Part shown: positions 19,801 through 29,167 of the stretch, piece by piece
Position numbering within the stretch: position 1 is the first letter of the stretch
Layout: each line of letters starts with the position of its first letter
Source of the DNA: an uncultured Nitrospinota bacterium
GTDB lineage: Bacteria > Tectomicrobia > Entotheonellia > J063 > CAVPRW01
DNA: 64,000 nucleotides
Direction: 5' to 3'
NCBI GenBank assembly: GCA_963707985.1
Contig: CAVPRW010000029.1
Location: 64,001 to 128,000 of the forward strand
Notes under the pieces: generated by a model
The model's database searches: none
Told to the model about the DNA's origin: nothing
Seen by the model: the letters and a program-made list of their open reading frames with translations, nothing else
Made by a program: the position numbers and the translations under genes

Positions 19801-21990
19801 ATCGAACTTATGCTGTGAGGCTGCACTCATGAGTCGCTGCGCTGCGGCTGTTTTTACCGGCCCGGGTAGAGCCTTGAGGTCGGCGACTGCCAGTTCCATT
19901 GGCTGCTGTGGGGCAATGACTTGTATGGGTCGTCCATCCACATCTGGAAAGGTGCTACGCAAGATTTCGTGACGCTGCACAACTGCATTCAGGCTGTGCT
20001 CCAATGCCGCGACATTGAGCGGCCCACGCAGGCGCAGTGCAACAGGGCGGTTATAGACAGGACTGCCTGGCTCGAATTGGTTGAAAAACCACAAGCGTTC
20101 CTGGGCATTTGAAAGGGGCCGGGCATCATCTCTGGGCATAGCCGCTGTGGGTCGCGGCGGCAATGCCTCGGTGGCCTGTCTGGCGGTTGCCATATGGCTA
20201 GCCAGGTCGGCCACGGTAGGATGTTCAAAAAAGACCAGAAACGACAGTTCCACCTGCAGGATCTGGCGTACCCGCGCGAGAATCTGTGTGGCTAGGATAG
20301 AATCGCCACCCAGTTGGAAAAAATTATCATGGATTCCCAAGGGCGTGACCCCTAACACCTGGGAGTAGATTTCAACCAGTATGCCTTCCAGAGGCGTGCG
20401 TGACGCGATACATGCGGGAGTGGCAGAGGGCAGCTGTGCATTGGCGGTCAGGCCGAGTTTTTCCGCTAGACCAAGACGCTGCAATTTCCCCGTGGCGCTT
20501 TTGGGGATCTCATCCAGACAGAGCACCTGGCGTGGTACTTTAAAATCCGCCAAACGCGTGGCGGCAAAGGCGCGGAGTTCTGTCGCCATTGCGACAGCGC
20601 CTGGGCGTAACACCACCGCCGCAGCAACGTCCTCACCCAAGTGCACATGCGGCATGGCAAAGGCGACGGCCTGGGCAACTGCTGGATGCGTCAGCAACAC
20701 GTCCTCAACTTCGTGTGGCGCAATTTTTTCTCCAGCGCGGTTGATGAGCTCCTTGAGGCGTCCGGTGAGAAAGAGATAGCCCTCCGGGTCCAGGAACCCC
20801 TGATCCCCGGTTCTGAACCAGCCGTGATAATAGGCTCTGGCGTTCGCTGCTGAGTTGTTAGCGTAGCCTATGGTCACGTTGGCCCCGCGAATCACCACCT
20901 CAGCCGTTTCTCCTGGCGGTAACACGCGGCCCGTTTCGTCCATAATTGCCACCTCGGGTCCTGCTGCCAACCCCACAGACCCGATCTTGCGTTCCGCAGG
21001 CGGCAGCGGATTACTGGCAATCTGATGTGCTGCCTCAGTCATGCCATAGGCCTCGATCACTGGCACCCCAAAAGTACGCTCCAGCTCTGCCATGACCGGT
21101 GGTGGTAAGGGCGCAGAGCACGAGCGAATGAAACGGAGAGGACAGCGGGCAATAACCTCTCTCTGCTGTCCCGCCCGTGTCAGTATGCCCTGATGCATAG
21201 TAGGCACGGCGGTGTACCACGTTGGGCGGCACTCGGTGAGCCAGGTGAAAAAATTCAGGGCGTGAAACCCTGGGGTACACACTACGCTTGCACCCGCAAC
21301 CAGTGATGAGAGGATGGCACCGACGAGACCGTGGATGTGAAACAGCGGCATAATGTTCAAACAGCGGTCACGGGCATCCAGAGCAAGCGTCTGGGCTATG
21401 TTGTGGGCAGACATCATTAAGTTACGCTGTGTCAGTGGCACGATCTTCGGCCGTGAAGTAGTACCGGACGTATGCAGGATGAGAGCGACATCGTCTGCAT
21501 GCGTCTCCTCCTGCGCCGCGGCGGCAGGAGGAATATCGCCCTGCAACATAAAGCGGCCAGCTTCGGCCTCGCGGATTGGCGTCAATTCGATCAGAGGGAT
21601 CCCTCGCGCTTGTGCCACGTTACGCGCTGGCGACGCAACGCCAGATTGGACGATCAGGACGCTGATCCCCAGGTCCGCAAAGTAGAACTCGTACTCATTG
21701 TCGCGATAGGCCGGGTTGAGCGGTACAAACGCTCCATTTGCTGCCAGGGCGAGAAACGCCACCGCTGCTTCCGGGCCGTTGGGGAGTACCACCGCCACCC
21801 GATCCTGGCGTCCTACTCCGAGCGTTCTCAGCGTCTGGCGTGTCTCTTGCGAGCATTGCCAAAGTTGGCTATAGGTCATCGGGGTTCGATCTGGAGCCAA
21901 GATGGCATTAGCCTGAGGGGTACGATGCGCCTGGGCTGCAAGCCAGGCAGATATGCTGCAATCGTGCAGAACATGGGGTGCGAGGGCCAT
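16851..21990 (-). CDS. NRPS subunit 1: oxalate-CoA-ligase-like adenylation-T-C-A-T (apparent frameshifts ~19390, ~18095, ~17180)
   Basis: Starter domain HTSGTTSRPK, PLFHIHGL, TWYTAVPTMHQ, FIRSCSA, YGMTEAAHQIASNPLP. T domain FFQLGGDS. C domain HHIVFDGWS. A domain YTSGSTGIPKG, FDPAAQE, DLPTAYW. T domain FFALGGHS. Confidence 0.9.
18514..18779. repeat. 266-bp near-identical direct repeat, copy 2
   Basis: Matches 15108-15373. Confidence 0.9.
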
Positions 21991-22784
21991 AAGACGCTTA
22001 CCTCGTTTGCAAACAACGCCAGAAACGCTTGGAAACCTTCGAAGTGACAGACTTCAGGCCATCGCTAGATGATGCGCTTGAAGTCTGCAAAAATGTCCAA
22101 TACCTCACAGCGTTGCCCTCTGGCACTCGGTGTAAGGTGACGGTAACCGTACTGTCGTTCGTCCCTCTGGCGGTTGGGGTCTCCTCGAAGTGGAGGTTAT
22201 CGGCAACTTGACGGAGGGTGAATCAGCCGGGATGGCATTAACTTCTATTCGGGCCTGCCCCCAGCGATAGGAGTTGCCGCAGCGCCAATCATAGGCTGAG
22301 GCAGTGGCGCCCGTTTTGCACGCCATAGTCACCCTCCCCTGCGGATCAACAGCGGCCCCGAGGCGACGAGCAGAGGTCCCTCTTCGACGAAATCGCTGGC
22401 TCCCATGAGGCCTCGGGCCATCAGCAGTGTCACCGTCTGAACCCCATGCGAGTCTCTCCAAGGACTGCATGGCATAGCAAGAGTGATACCCAAAGGGCCA
22501 CCACATCTGCCTACGCGTGCAGGAACTGCGCTGCAGAGCCGGCTCCGATCAGTTAAGCCGCTGGCACCTCTGCCGGGCGGGCGGCCGCGTGGTGTCTCAT
22601 CTCTGCGACCTTGTGCGAAGGTCTGGCTTATATATGTGAGGCTGAGAGGTAGCGGGCAGGCGATTCCCACAGGAGAGACTTTCGTCTCAATAACGATATT
22701 CTCAGCATTATGGCTTTGATAGGTTAACTAGATCCAAGGCAATCACCAGGCATAGGGGTGAGAGAGCGGCCCCTCACGTGTCCC

Positions 22785-22990
22785 TTAGGCGCCCATTGGT
22801 GTGCAGGTAATCTCTCGCCACGCCTGAAATCGTTGCCTCATTTTCTGGCGGTAGACCAGAGAAGGAAGCAGGTGACGTTGGGGACGGAAGTGGGAGGTGA
22901 TCGGCCTGTAGGTGGAGCGGAAAAACTCCGTGGCAGCCTTCTGGCTGCGCCGACGATACACGAGAATATCGAGGAGATGCCCTATCCTGA
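22785..22990 (-). mobile_element. Internally deleted IS6-family transposase remnant
   Basis: GHLLDILVYRRRSQKAATEFFR is joined directly to PITSHFRPQRHLL...MRQRFQAWREIT. These are two separate conserved IS6 segments. Confidence 0.7.
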
Positions 22991-23154
22991 GTAGCTCAGG
23001 CAACAGCGGAAGTAGAGCCAAACGCAGTGACTGATGATCTCTATAGGGAGACGATGACGCTCATTTGGGTTGGGTGTAGGGGGTAGATTTATGCGGCAAG
23101 TATGCTATGGGGAGCCAGAACTAAACGAGTCGGGAGGTCAATTTGACTAGGCCC

Positions 23155-25950
23155 TCAGCGTTGCCGTCGCAGGTGAGTCGGAATAGCGGCGAAGTGCTCG
23201 CCGGCGCGCTTTTTGTGGGTGACGATGGAGAGCGACGCTGGCCGATAAATATTGATGTTGTGCGTATTGGGGGAGGTGATGATGTATTGGGCCCGGGTAG
23301 CTTCGAGGAATTGAGCTACCCGGTCGATGTTCAGCACGTCCAGGTGAGCGAACGGCTCGTCGATGAACACAAAGCCGCCTTCCGATCGTTCATCCATCAT
23401 CAGAGCAATGAGCAGGATCAGCGATTTGATCACCTGTTGGCCACCAGAGGCCTGCCCATCATCCAGGCCGATGTATCCCTTGCCATCGAAATTCCAGCGT
23501 ACCTCGAGACCGGCCCGCGCCAGTACCTCATCGTCATCACTCAATTCTGGGCGGATCATCTCGACCGCCACACCTGCCAGCTTGCCGAGATGGATGAGGT
23601 TTTCCTCATAAAAGGCAATCGTCTGACGCAGCACACCGATGTATGCCCGGCGCGCCTCGTCGGCGACCCGTGTGGTTTCTTCCCACTCATGCCGTTTGCG
23701 CTGCAGACTATCGGCTTGTTGCTGATGATCGGCCGCGAGCTTGTCGCGGCGATAGACCAGCGTCGGGTCAGTCTCCCACTCGCCTTCTGCTAGCTCCTTC
23801 TGAACGCGTTCGAGGTCGCGTTCGACGCCCTGACGACTGCCAAACATGCGGTTGAACTCGGCGATGGCTTCAATGGTGCGCCACTGGCTCGGCAGGTGCT
23901 CACGCAGCAGACGACGCTCACGATTCTTGACCCAAAATTCGGCCCGTTCGCGACGCAGTTCCTCCAGGTCTTGCTGCAGCTGCGTGCGCACCAGCTGTTG
24001 CGTCTGTTTAGCCTCTGAATCCTGGCGGATGACGGTGGTATGCGTCCGCCGTAACCGCTCAAAGGTGCGCTGCTCAACCGCGTGGTGTTCGGTTAGTTCC
24101 TCTAGGGTGGCGCAGACCCGTGCATAGTCGGCTTGCACCTGCGTATGATCCGGCGCTCGCGTTTCATAATCTAGGCGCACGCGCTGAGCTGCCAGACGCC
24201 GCTCGAGGCCTTGGCGCTCGGACTCGATGAGGCGAATCTGCTCCTGCAGCGTGCGGGCTTCCGTTTGCAACCGGAGAGCCTCGTCCTGGGCCCGGCGGGC
24301 CTGCTGTTGGCGGCCCGCCATCCCCAGCATGAAATCACCGTTGGCCACCGCGATCGAACGGCCACCGCGCCGTTCTCGCATGAACCCATCGCGGGTGACA
24401 AACGTCGTCCCAGACGGCAATCTCTGGCCGTCGGCCACTTGGTCGACGAGCTGCACGCCCGCCAGATTGCGACGAATCCAGTCCGGCACTTCGGGGTCCA
24501 TGTCCACCACACCGAGGGCTGAGCCAGGCGGTGCCGGGATACGGGTTTGTCCCCGATCCGCGACGATGAAATAGCGGTAACGATGCGTCTCCCCGAGCTC
24601 CCAGGCACGCCAGCGGTCTTCAGGGCGCTGCAGCAGCACCACATAGCGGTGTGCACGCAGTAAAGACTCGATGGCGAGTTGCCAGGAGGTGTCGCGAATC
24701 TCGACCGCCTCGTAGAACAGGCGATGCGGAATCTCCGCTTCGAGCAGAACGCGGTGGAAGGCATCGACAAAGGGATCGAGCCGAATCCGTTCGTGACCGC
24801 CAGTGCGGTTGACCTCCTCCACCTCTTTCAACGCCCGGCGGATTTCCTCCAAGCGCCAACGTAGCTCGCCGCGACGGTCGGCCAGTTCGTCCAGCGCTTT
24901 CTGCAGCGGTGCCACCGCGTCGGGGGCCACCTGACTGGCCTGCTGCTCCATTTGTTTGAAGAGCTCCAGCTCGTGCTCAAGCACCGCGCGCTGACGATGG
25001 TGTTCGACGAGCTGCGCCTGGATCGCTGTGAGACGGGTGTGGCAGGCTTCTTCTTCGCTATGAGCTGCCGCCACCGCGGCGCGCGCTTCCTCCCATTGTT
25101 GGCTCAGCGAGTCAGTATTCTTTCGACGCTCCTGGACCTGCGTGCGCAAACTCCGAATCCGCGCATAGAGCTTGCGCAGCATTTCGACCTGCGCCACATA
25201 CTGCGCCTGCGGGAGGCGGATGGTCTCCAGCGCCTTCTGGGCCGCGAGCAGATTTTGGTAGCGTTGAAACAGGGCCACACGATTGCTCAGCGCCGTCACC
25301 TGGCTTTCCAGGCGATCAACCTGTAAGGCCAACTCTTGCAGCTCCTGAGCCGCCTCCAGTTGATTGACCCGGGCCCGCTGATACTCATCGAGCGTCTCCT
25401 TATCCCCGAACACATCGTACACCAAGTCGAGCAGCTCGCGTGGCGACAGCTCACAGAGCTTGTCCGTGGCTCCCTGTTCGAGCGAGAGCACGCGCAGGAC
25501 CGCCTGACTTAAGCCCCCTGCCGTCAGGCGATGGCGGTACTCCTGGACCCCCATAAAGCGTTCTTCCTGGGCACTGAGCTCCTGGACGCCCACGTCACCA
25601 GGCTCGATGCGGTACTGCCGCTGCCATTCGCCGCTGCGCCGCATGACGCGACAGGCCAGGGTCACCTGATCAGTGGTCAACGGGAAAAACGGGCGGCGGC
25701 CGCGATGATCACGCTGATTCGTCACCACGGCTCGGAGCCAGGCATAAGGACGGTTCGAATGCTGGACGTAGGTCGGGTAGGACCGTTTGCGCGAGGTGTT
25801 AAGGGCGAGGACCGTGCGCATGGCGTCGAGTAGGGTGGTTTTGCCCGAACCGTTGGGACCGACGATGGTGATAATCGACTCATCGAGGGGCAGCATCACC
25901 CGCTCCCAGTAATCCCAGTGCACCAGTTCCAGGGCCATGAAACGGAACAT
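23155..25950 (-). CDS. SMC-like ATPase, MksB/JetC-like (931 aa)
   Basis: Walker A GPNGSGKTT, long coiled coils around a globular hinge-like centre, signature ASGGQQ, Walker B FVFIDEPF, H-loop PNTHN. Confidence 0.85.
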   Translation of the reverse strand: MFRFMALELVHWDYWERVMLPLDESIITIVGPNGSGKTTLLDAMRTVLALNTSRKRSYPTYVQHSNRPYAWLRAVVTNQRDHRGRRPFFPLTTDQVTLACRVMRRSGEWQRQYRIEPGDVGVQELSAQEERFMGVQEYRHRLTAGGLSQAVLRVLSLEQGATDKLCELSPRELLDLVYDVFGDKETLDEYQRARVNQLEAAQELQELALQVDRLESQVTALSNRVALFQRYQNLLAAQKALETIRLPQAQYVAQVEMLRKLYARIRSLRTQVQERRKNTDSLSQQWEEARAAVAAAHSEEEACHTRLTAIQAQLVEHHRQRAVLEHELELFKQMEQQASQVAPDAVAPLQKALDELADRRGELRWRLEEIRRALKEVEEVNRTGGHERIRLDPFVDAFHRVLLEAEIPHRLFYEAVEIRDTSWQLAIESLLRAHRYVVLLQRPEDRWRAWELGETHRYRYFIVADRGQTRIPAPPGSALGVVDMDPEVPDWIRRNLAGVQLVDQVADGQRLPSGTTFVTRDGFMRERRGGRSIAVANGDFMLGMAGRQQQARRAQDEALRLQTEARTLQEQIRLIESERQGLERRLAAQRVRLDYETRAPDHTQVQADYARVCATLEELTEHHAVEQRTFERLRRTHTTVIRQDSEAKQTQQLVRTQLQQDLEELRRERAEFWVKNRERRLLREHLPSQWRTIEAIAEFNRMFGSRQGVERDLERVQKELAEGEWETDPTLVYRRDKLAADHQQQADSLQRKRHEWEETTRVADEARRAYIGVLRQTIAFYEENLIHLGKLAGVAVEMIRPELSDDDEVLARAGLEVRWNFDGKGYIGLDDGQASGGQQVIKSLILLIALMMDERSEGGFVFIDEPFAHLDVLNIDRVAQFLEATRAQYIITSPNTHNINIYRPASLSIVTHKKRAGEHFAAIPTHLRRQR

Positions 25951-26634
25951 TCAGCAGGTCTCCTCGCCGGGATCCTCGGATGCTTCTGCTGGTGAGATAG
26001 ACGAGGGTTGATCGAAGCGCGCCCCCAAGACGCGCGATAGCGCTCCCTCGATGATGCGTGGTGCCAGCGTGCTGTAATCGATCAACACATCCAGCAAGGG
26101 CCCTTCAGTGATCTTACCGCGTCGTTCATGGATGAAGCCGCGCCGTTTAAGCTCGCTGAGGTAGCCATGGAAGCGGATCTGACTGCCGAAGAGATGGCCA
26201 AAATCGGCTTCTAACGTCTTCCGCTCCACCATGACTTCCGGGTCAGCGGCGCGCACCGCCGGCTGTGGTGCGTTCTCGCCTACATCGCCCTCACTTTGTT
26301 GCTGTCGTTGGCGCTTAGGGAGAATCAGCAGGCTCCAGAGAATAGTCAGGAGTGCCATACCACCCCCTGATAGGCCGATATTGTTGGACCAATAACTGCC
26401 TTTGCCATCCTCAAACACCGGTGTTTCCAACTCACGCGCTACCCGCACGGCGATGTAAGAGGCGTACACATTTTCAGCCAATTCCAATCCAACCTGGCGC
26501 AAGGCACTTTCCACCCCCTCACGATAGGCCGCATCCACAAGCAAGCGGCGCACTAACCCATCGGTGCGGGGGAGGGTTTGATGTGCCAGCAGACGACAGA
26601 CCAGCACACGCACCGCATCGGTTTCAGGGGACAT
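25951..26634 (-). CDS. MksE/JetB-like kite subunit
   Basis: About 227 aa from ATG 26634. Lies between the kleisin-like gene (11-nt overlap) and the SMC gene (abutting). C-terminal L..L...GFI....G.I.EGPLL winged-helix-like pattern. Confidence 0.65.
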   Translation of the reverse strand: MSPETDAVRVLVCRLLAHQTLPRTDGLVRRLLVDAAYREGVESALRQVGLELAENVYASYIAVRVARELETPVFEDGKGSYWSNNIGLSGGGMALLTILWSLLILPKRQRQQQSEGDVGENAPQPAVRAADPEVMVERKTLEADFGHLFGSQIRFHGYLSELKRRGFIHERRGKITEGPLLDVLIDYSTLAPRIIEGALSRVLGARFDQPSSISPAEASEDPGEETC

Positions 26635-28018
26635 GCTGTGGCTCCTGATTGAGGGTTCCTGAACTACTCTCGATTCCTGCCTCTCCCTGGGGGAGAGGGA
26701 CAGCAGCGGAAGCGTGAGGCCTTCCGTCCGACAGCTGATGCAGATGGCCGGCATTCATCCGCGCCACGCCGGCGCGATCGACGACCACCTCCTCGGCCTC
26801 GATGGCTAATGTATAGGGCAGTGACGCTAATCTGGCAACCAGGCCACCACTCTCGGCCGCTTCGGCATCGCCGAGCAGTGACAGCATACTGAGACGATAG
26901 GCAGATTCCTCAAATGACCCCCAGGGGACAACCTCGGGCAGTGGCACGGTCGGGCGCGTCTCGCTCTGCAACTGGGTGACCAACCGCCCCAATTCGGGAA
27001 ATGCCGCCGCCTGCGGCGGCGGCGAGGGGGGAGAGTCCTGGGCCTCCGGCAGCTCACACCACTCGGCGATGTGGCGTTTGCGCTGTATCAGCTCATACTC
27101 CGCCTGGTCGGTGATAAGATCGGTCAACAGGAAGAGTGGGCGCACAGGCCGCGCCAGGTGGGGAGCGATCAGCCGCCCCAGATCATCGATCGTACATTGC
27201 CGCAAAAAAAAGACCAGGTCCGAGGTTGAGAGCCCAGTGGCACCCAGATGCACTCGCTGGCGATCGATGTCGTTGAGGACGCGCTGGAAGACGGTGGTCA
27301 TGCGCAGCAGTCGACTCTGCGCTCGACCGATTTGCTGTGCTACCCGATGCAGCTCGCGGTCCAGGGCCGAATCCTGAACGATCTGCGCAATCATCGCGCT
27401 GCCGCGTTCGATCCAAGACCAGATGCTGGTCAGACGCTCGCGGGCTTGCAGGATACGTGGTTCTGAGAGGGCTTCTACAGCTTGCTGCAATTCGGTTTCC
27501 AGCCGGCGCAGACGATACAACAGATGCGACAGCACCTCAGGGGTCAGGGTGCCGAGCTCGTAGCTCGCGCGGACGACGCCAGTGATCCAGCCGAGATCAT
27601 CCTCTTCGGTCAATTGAAACAATGTCGCCACAGCACCATAGACGCGTAAGCCCGAGGGAGTGAGGACATAGGCGCTTTCAGCGGCATCATAGCGCAGCAG
27701 CGCACCCAGACGGAGGCGACGCAAGGCACTTTCGAGCGGGGCTGGAGTCAAGTATGCAAACGTCTGTCGTAGCTCTGCAAAGGTCCACTCAGGGGCTTGA
27801 CCTCGCCGTCCCATTTCACCCAAGACCAAGAGTCGAACGAGGCTATCACTCATCGATCCGCGAAATAGGGTCATGAAGGCTTCAAGAACCGGGAGCTTGG
27901 ATTGGAGGAGCCAAAGCGGAGGAATATCCTCAGGGTCGATGCCGGGGGCAAGAGCCGGGAACACCTCGTCCCGCTCCGGTGGGACAGCGATCTGATCGTC
28001 TCGGTGGCGCTCGTTCAT
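26624..28018 (-). CDS. MksF/JetA-like kleisin subunit
   Basis: 464 aa with an N-terminal winged-helix-like segment (LESALRRLR..ALL.YD....YVLT..G) and a helical body. First gene of the F-E-B trio. Confidence 0.65.
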   Translation of the reverse strand: MNERHRDDQIAVPPERDEVFPALAPGIDPEDIPPLWLLQSKLPVLEAFMTLFRGSMSDSLVRLLVLGEMGRRGQAPEWTFAELRQTFAYLTPAPLESALRRLRLGALLRYDAAESAYVLTPSGLRVYGAVATLFQLTEEDDLGWITGVVRASYELGTLTPEVLSHLLYRLRRLETELQQAVEALSEPRILQARERLTSIWSWIERGSAMIAQIVQDSALDRELHRVAQQIGRAQSRLLRMTTVFQRVLNDIDRQRVHLGATGLSTSDLVFFLRQCTIDDLGRLIAPHLARPVRPLFLLTDLITDQAEYELIQRKRHIAEWCELPEAQDSPPSPPPQAAAFPELGRLVTQLQSETRPTVPLPEVVPWGSFEESAYRLSMLSLLGDAEAAESGGLVARLASLPYTLAIEAEEVVVDRAGVARMNAGHLHQLSDGRPHASAAVPLPQGEAGIESSSGTLNQEPQHVP

Positions 28019-28072
28019 AGCGTTCAGTCTAACAGGCCCTCCAACGCGTGGGACGAAGATTCGGGGCGGCGC

Positions 28073-28432
28073 TTAAACCTCCCGGTGCGGCTCGGCGATG
28101 TCCTCTTCGATCATCTTCCATTCATTGATCACCGTTCGTTCGTGTAACGGGACCTGTGAGCGGTATGCGGCACGGGCGATCATATGCGCTCCCACCGGAC
28201 CACCGAGGAAGACGAATACAATGGTCAGCAGCTCTTTGATGCTTGGGCCAGATTCGGAGGCGCTGAAGTAGAGAAAGGACGCCAGGACGATGGCGCTGAC
28301 GCCGACCGTTGAGCTTTTACCAGTGGCATGCATGCGACAAAAGATATCCGGTAACCGCAACAGCCCCAGGGAACCTGCAAAGGTAAAGACGAGGCCGACC
28401 AGCAACAGCAGACTAACGATCACCTCGATCAA
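28073..28432 (-). CDS. mrpG: Mrp Na+/H+ antiporter subunit G
   Basis: GLLRLPD.F.RMHATGK.ST.G, PV.AH.IARAA. Confidence 0.92.
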   Translation of the reverse strand: MIEVIVSLLLLVGLVFTFAGSLGLLRLPDIFCRMHATGKSSTVGVSAIVLASFLYFSASESGPSIKELLTIVFVFLGGPVGAHMIARAAYRSQVPLHERTVINEWKMIEEDIAEPHREV

Positions 28433-28694
28433 TGACCGTTCCTCCCGCCAGGTATTTCGCCAGGGCTACCGTCCCCAGAAACGCCAACAGAGCAATGACC
28501 AGGGCGGCATCGACATAGGCGCGACTAGCCGATTTCATGCCAAGCACAAGAATCAGGCCGACGGTATTGATCCCGATGGTATCCAGGCCAATCACCCGAT
28601 CCGCTTGCGATGGGCCAGCGATGACCCGATACGCCGCCATGATGATACAGAGTGCCAATACCAAGACCGCGGCAGCGGTGACCATGTCGATCAT
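28413..28694 (-). CDS. mrpF: Mrp antiporter subunit F
   Basis: R...GPS.ADRVIGLD, LLAF.GTVALAKYL. Confidence 0.92.
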   Translation of the reverse strand: MIDMVTAAAVLVLALCIIMAAYRVIAGPSQADRVIGLDTIGINTVGLILVLGMKSASRAYVDAALVIALLAFLGTVALAKYLAGGTVIDRGDR

Positions 28695-29167
28695 CGGCTG
28701 AGCTCCCGCAAGTACACCTCAAAGGCCTTGTGAATCTCCTGCTTGACGTCCTCAGGATCGTCCAGATTCAGGGTGTGGACATAAAGGTAGCGTCGATCCG
28801 GTGAGATGTCGAGCGTCAGTGTCCCTGGCGTCAGTGTAATCATGTTGGCCAGCATGGTCAGAGCCACGTCGTTGGTCAATTCAGTCGGCACGGCGATTAC
28901 GCCTGAGCGTACGCGCGCCCGCGGGCTGAAGACAATCCGCAAGACGGCGATATTCGACTTGAGCAATTCTTTGATAAACACCAATGTCATGGTCAGAGCT
29001 AACCCCACCTTCCGAAAATAGCGCGGCCTGAAGAACATCCGACGAAAAAGGTAAATGAGTGCCGCGCTGATGAAGAACCCGCTCACCAAATCGACGGTAT
29101 CGAGCTCACCCTGCAAGGCCGCCCACATCAGAGCCAACATCAGGTTAAGTAGAAACAAGCCCGCCAT
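28691..29167 (-). CDS. mrpE: Mrp antiporter subunit E
   Basis: LANMITLTPGTLT.D.S......LYVH. Confidence 0.92.
   Translation of the reverse strand: MAGLFLLNLMLALMWAALQGELDTVDLVSGFFISAALIYLFRRMFFRPRYFRKVGLALTMTLVFIKELLKSNIAVLRIVFSPRARVRSGVIAVPTELTNDVALTMLANMITLTPGTLTLDISPDRRYLYVHTLNLDDPEDVKQEIHKAFEVYLRELSR

Noticed and set aside
22100..22740. Possible riboswitch or ncRNA in long intergenic gaps (also 35670-36060, 46620-47020, 48300-48650)
   Set aside because: I could not recognise any tRNA, rRNA or riboswitch consensus by eye. An Rfam/Infernal scan would be needed.
23155..25950. SbcC/Rad50 or RecN assignment for the coiled-coil ATPase
   Set aside because: There is no sbcD nuclease neighbour and no central CxxC zinc hook. 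The two coupled upstream genes fit the MksF/MksE arrangement.
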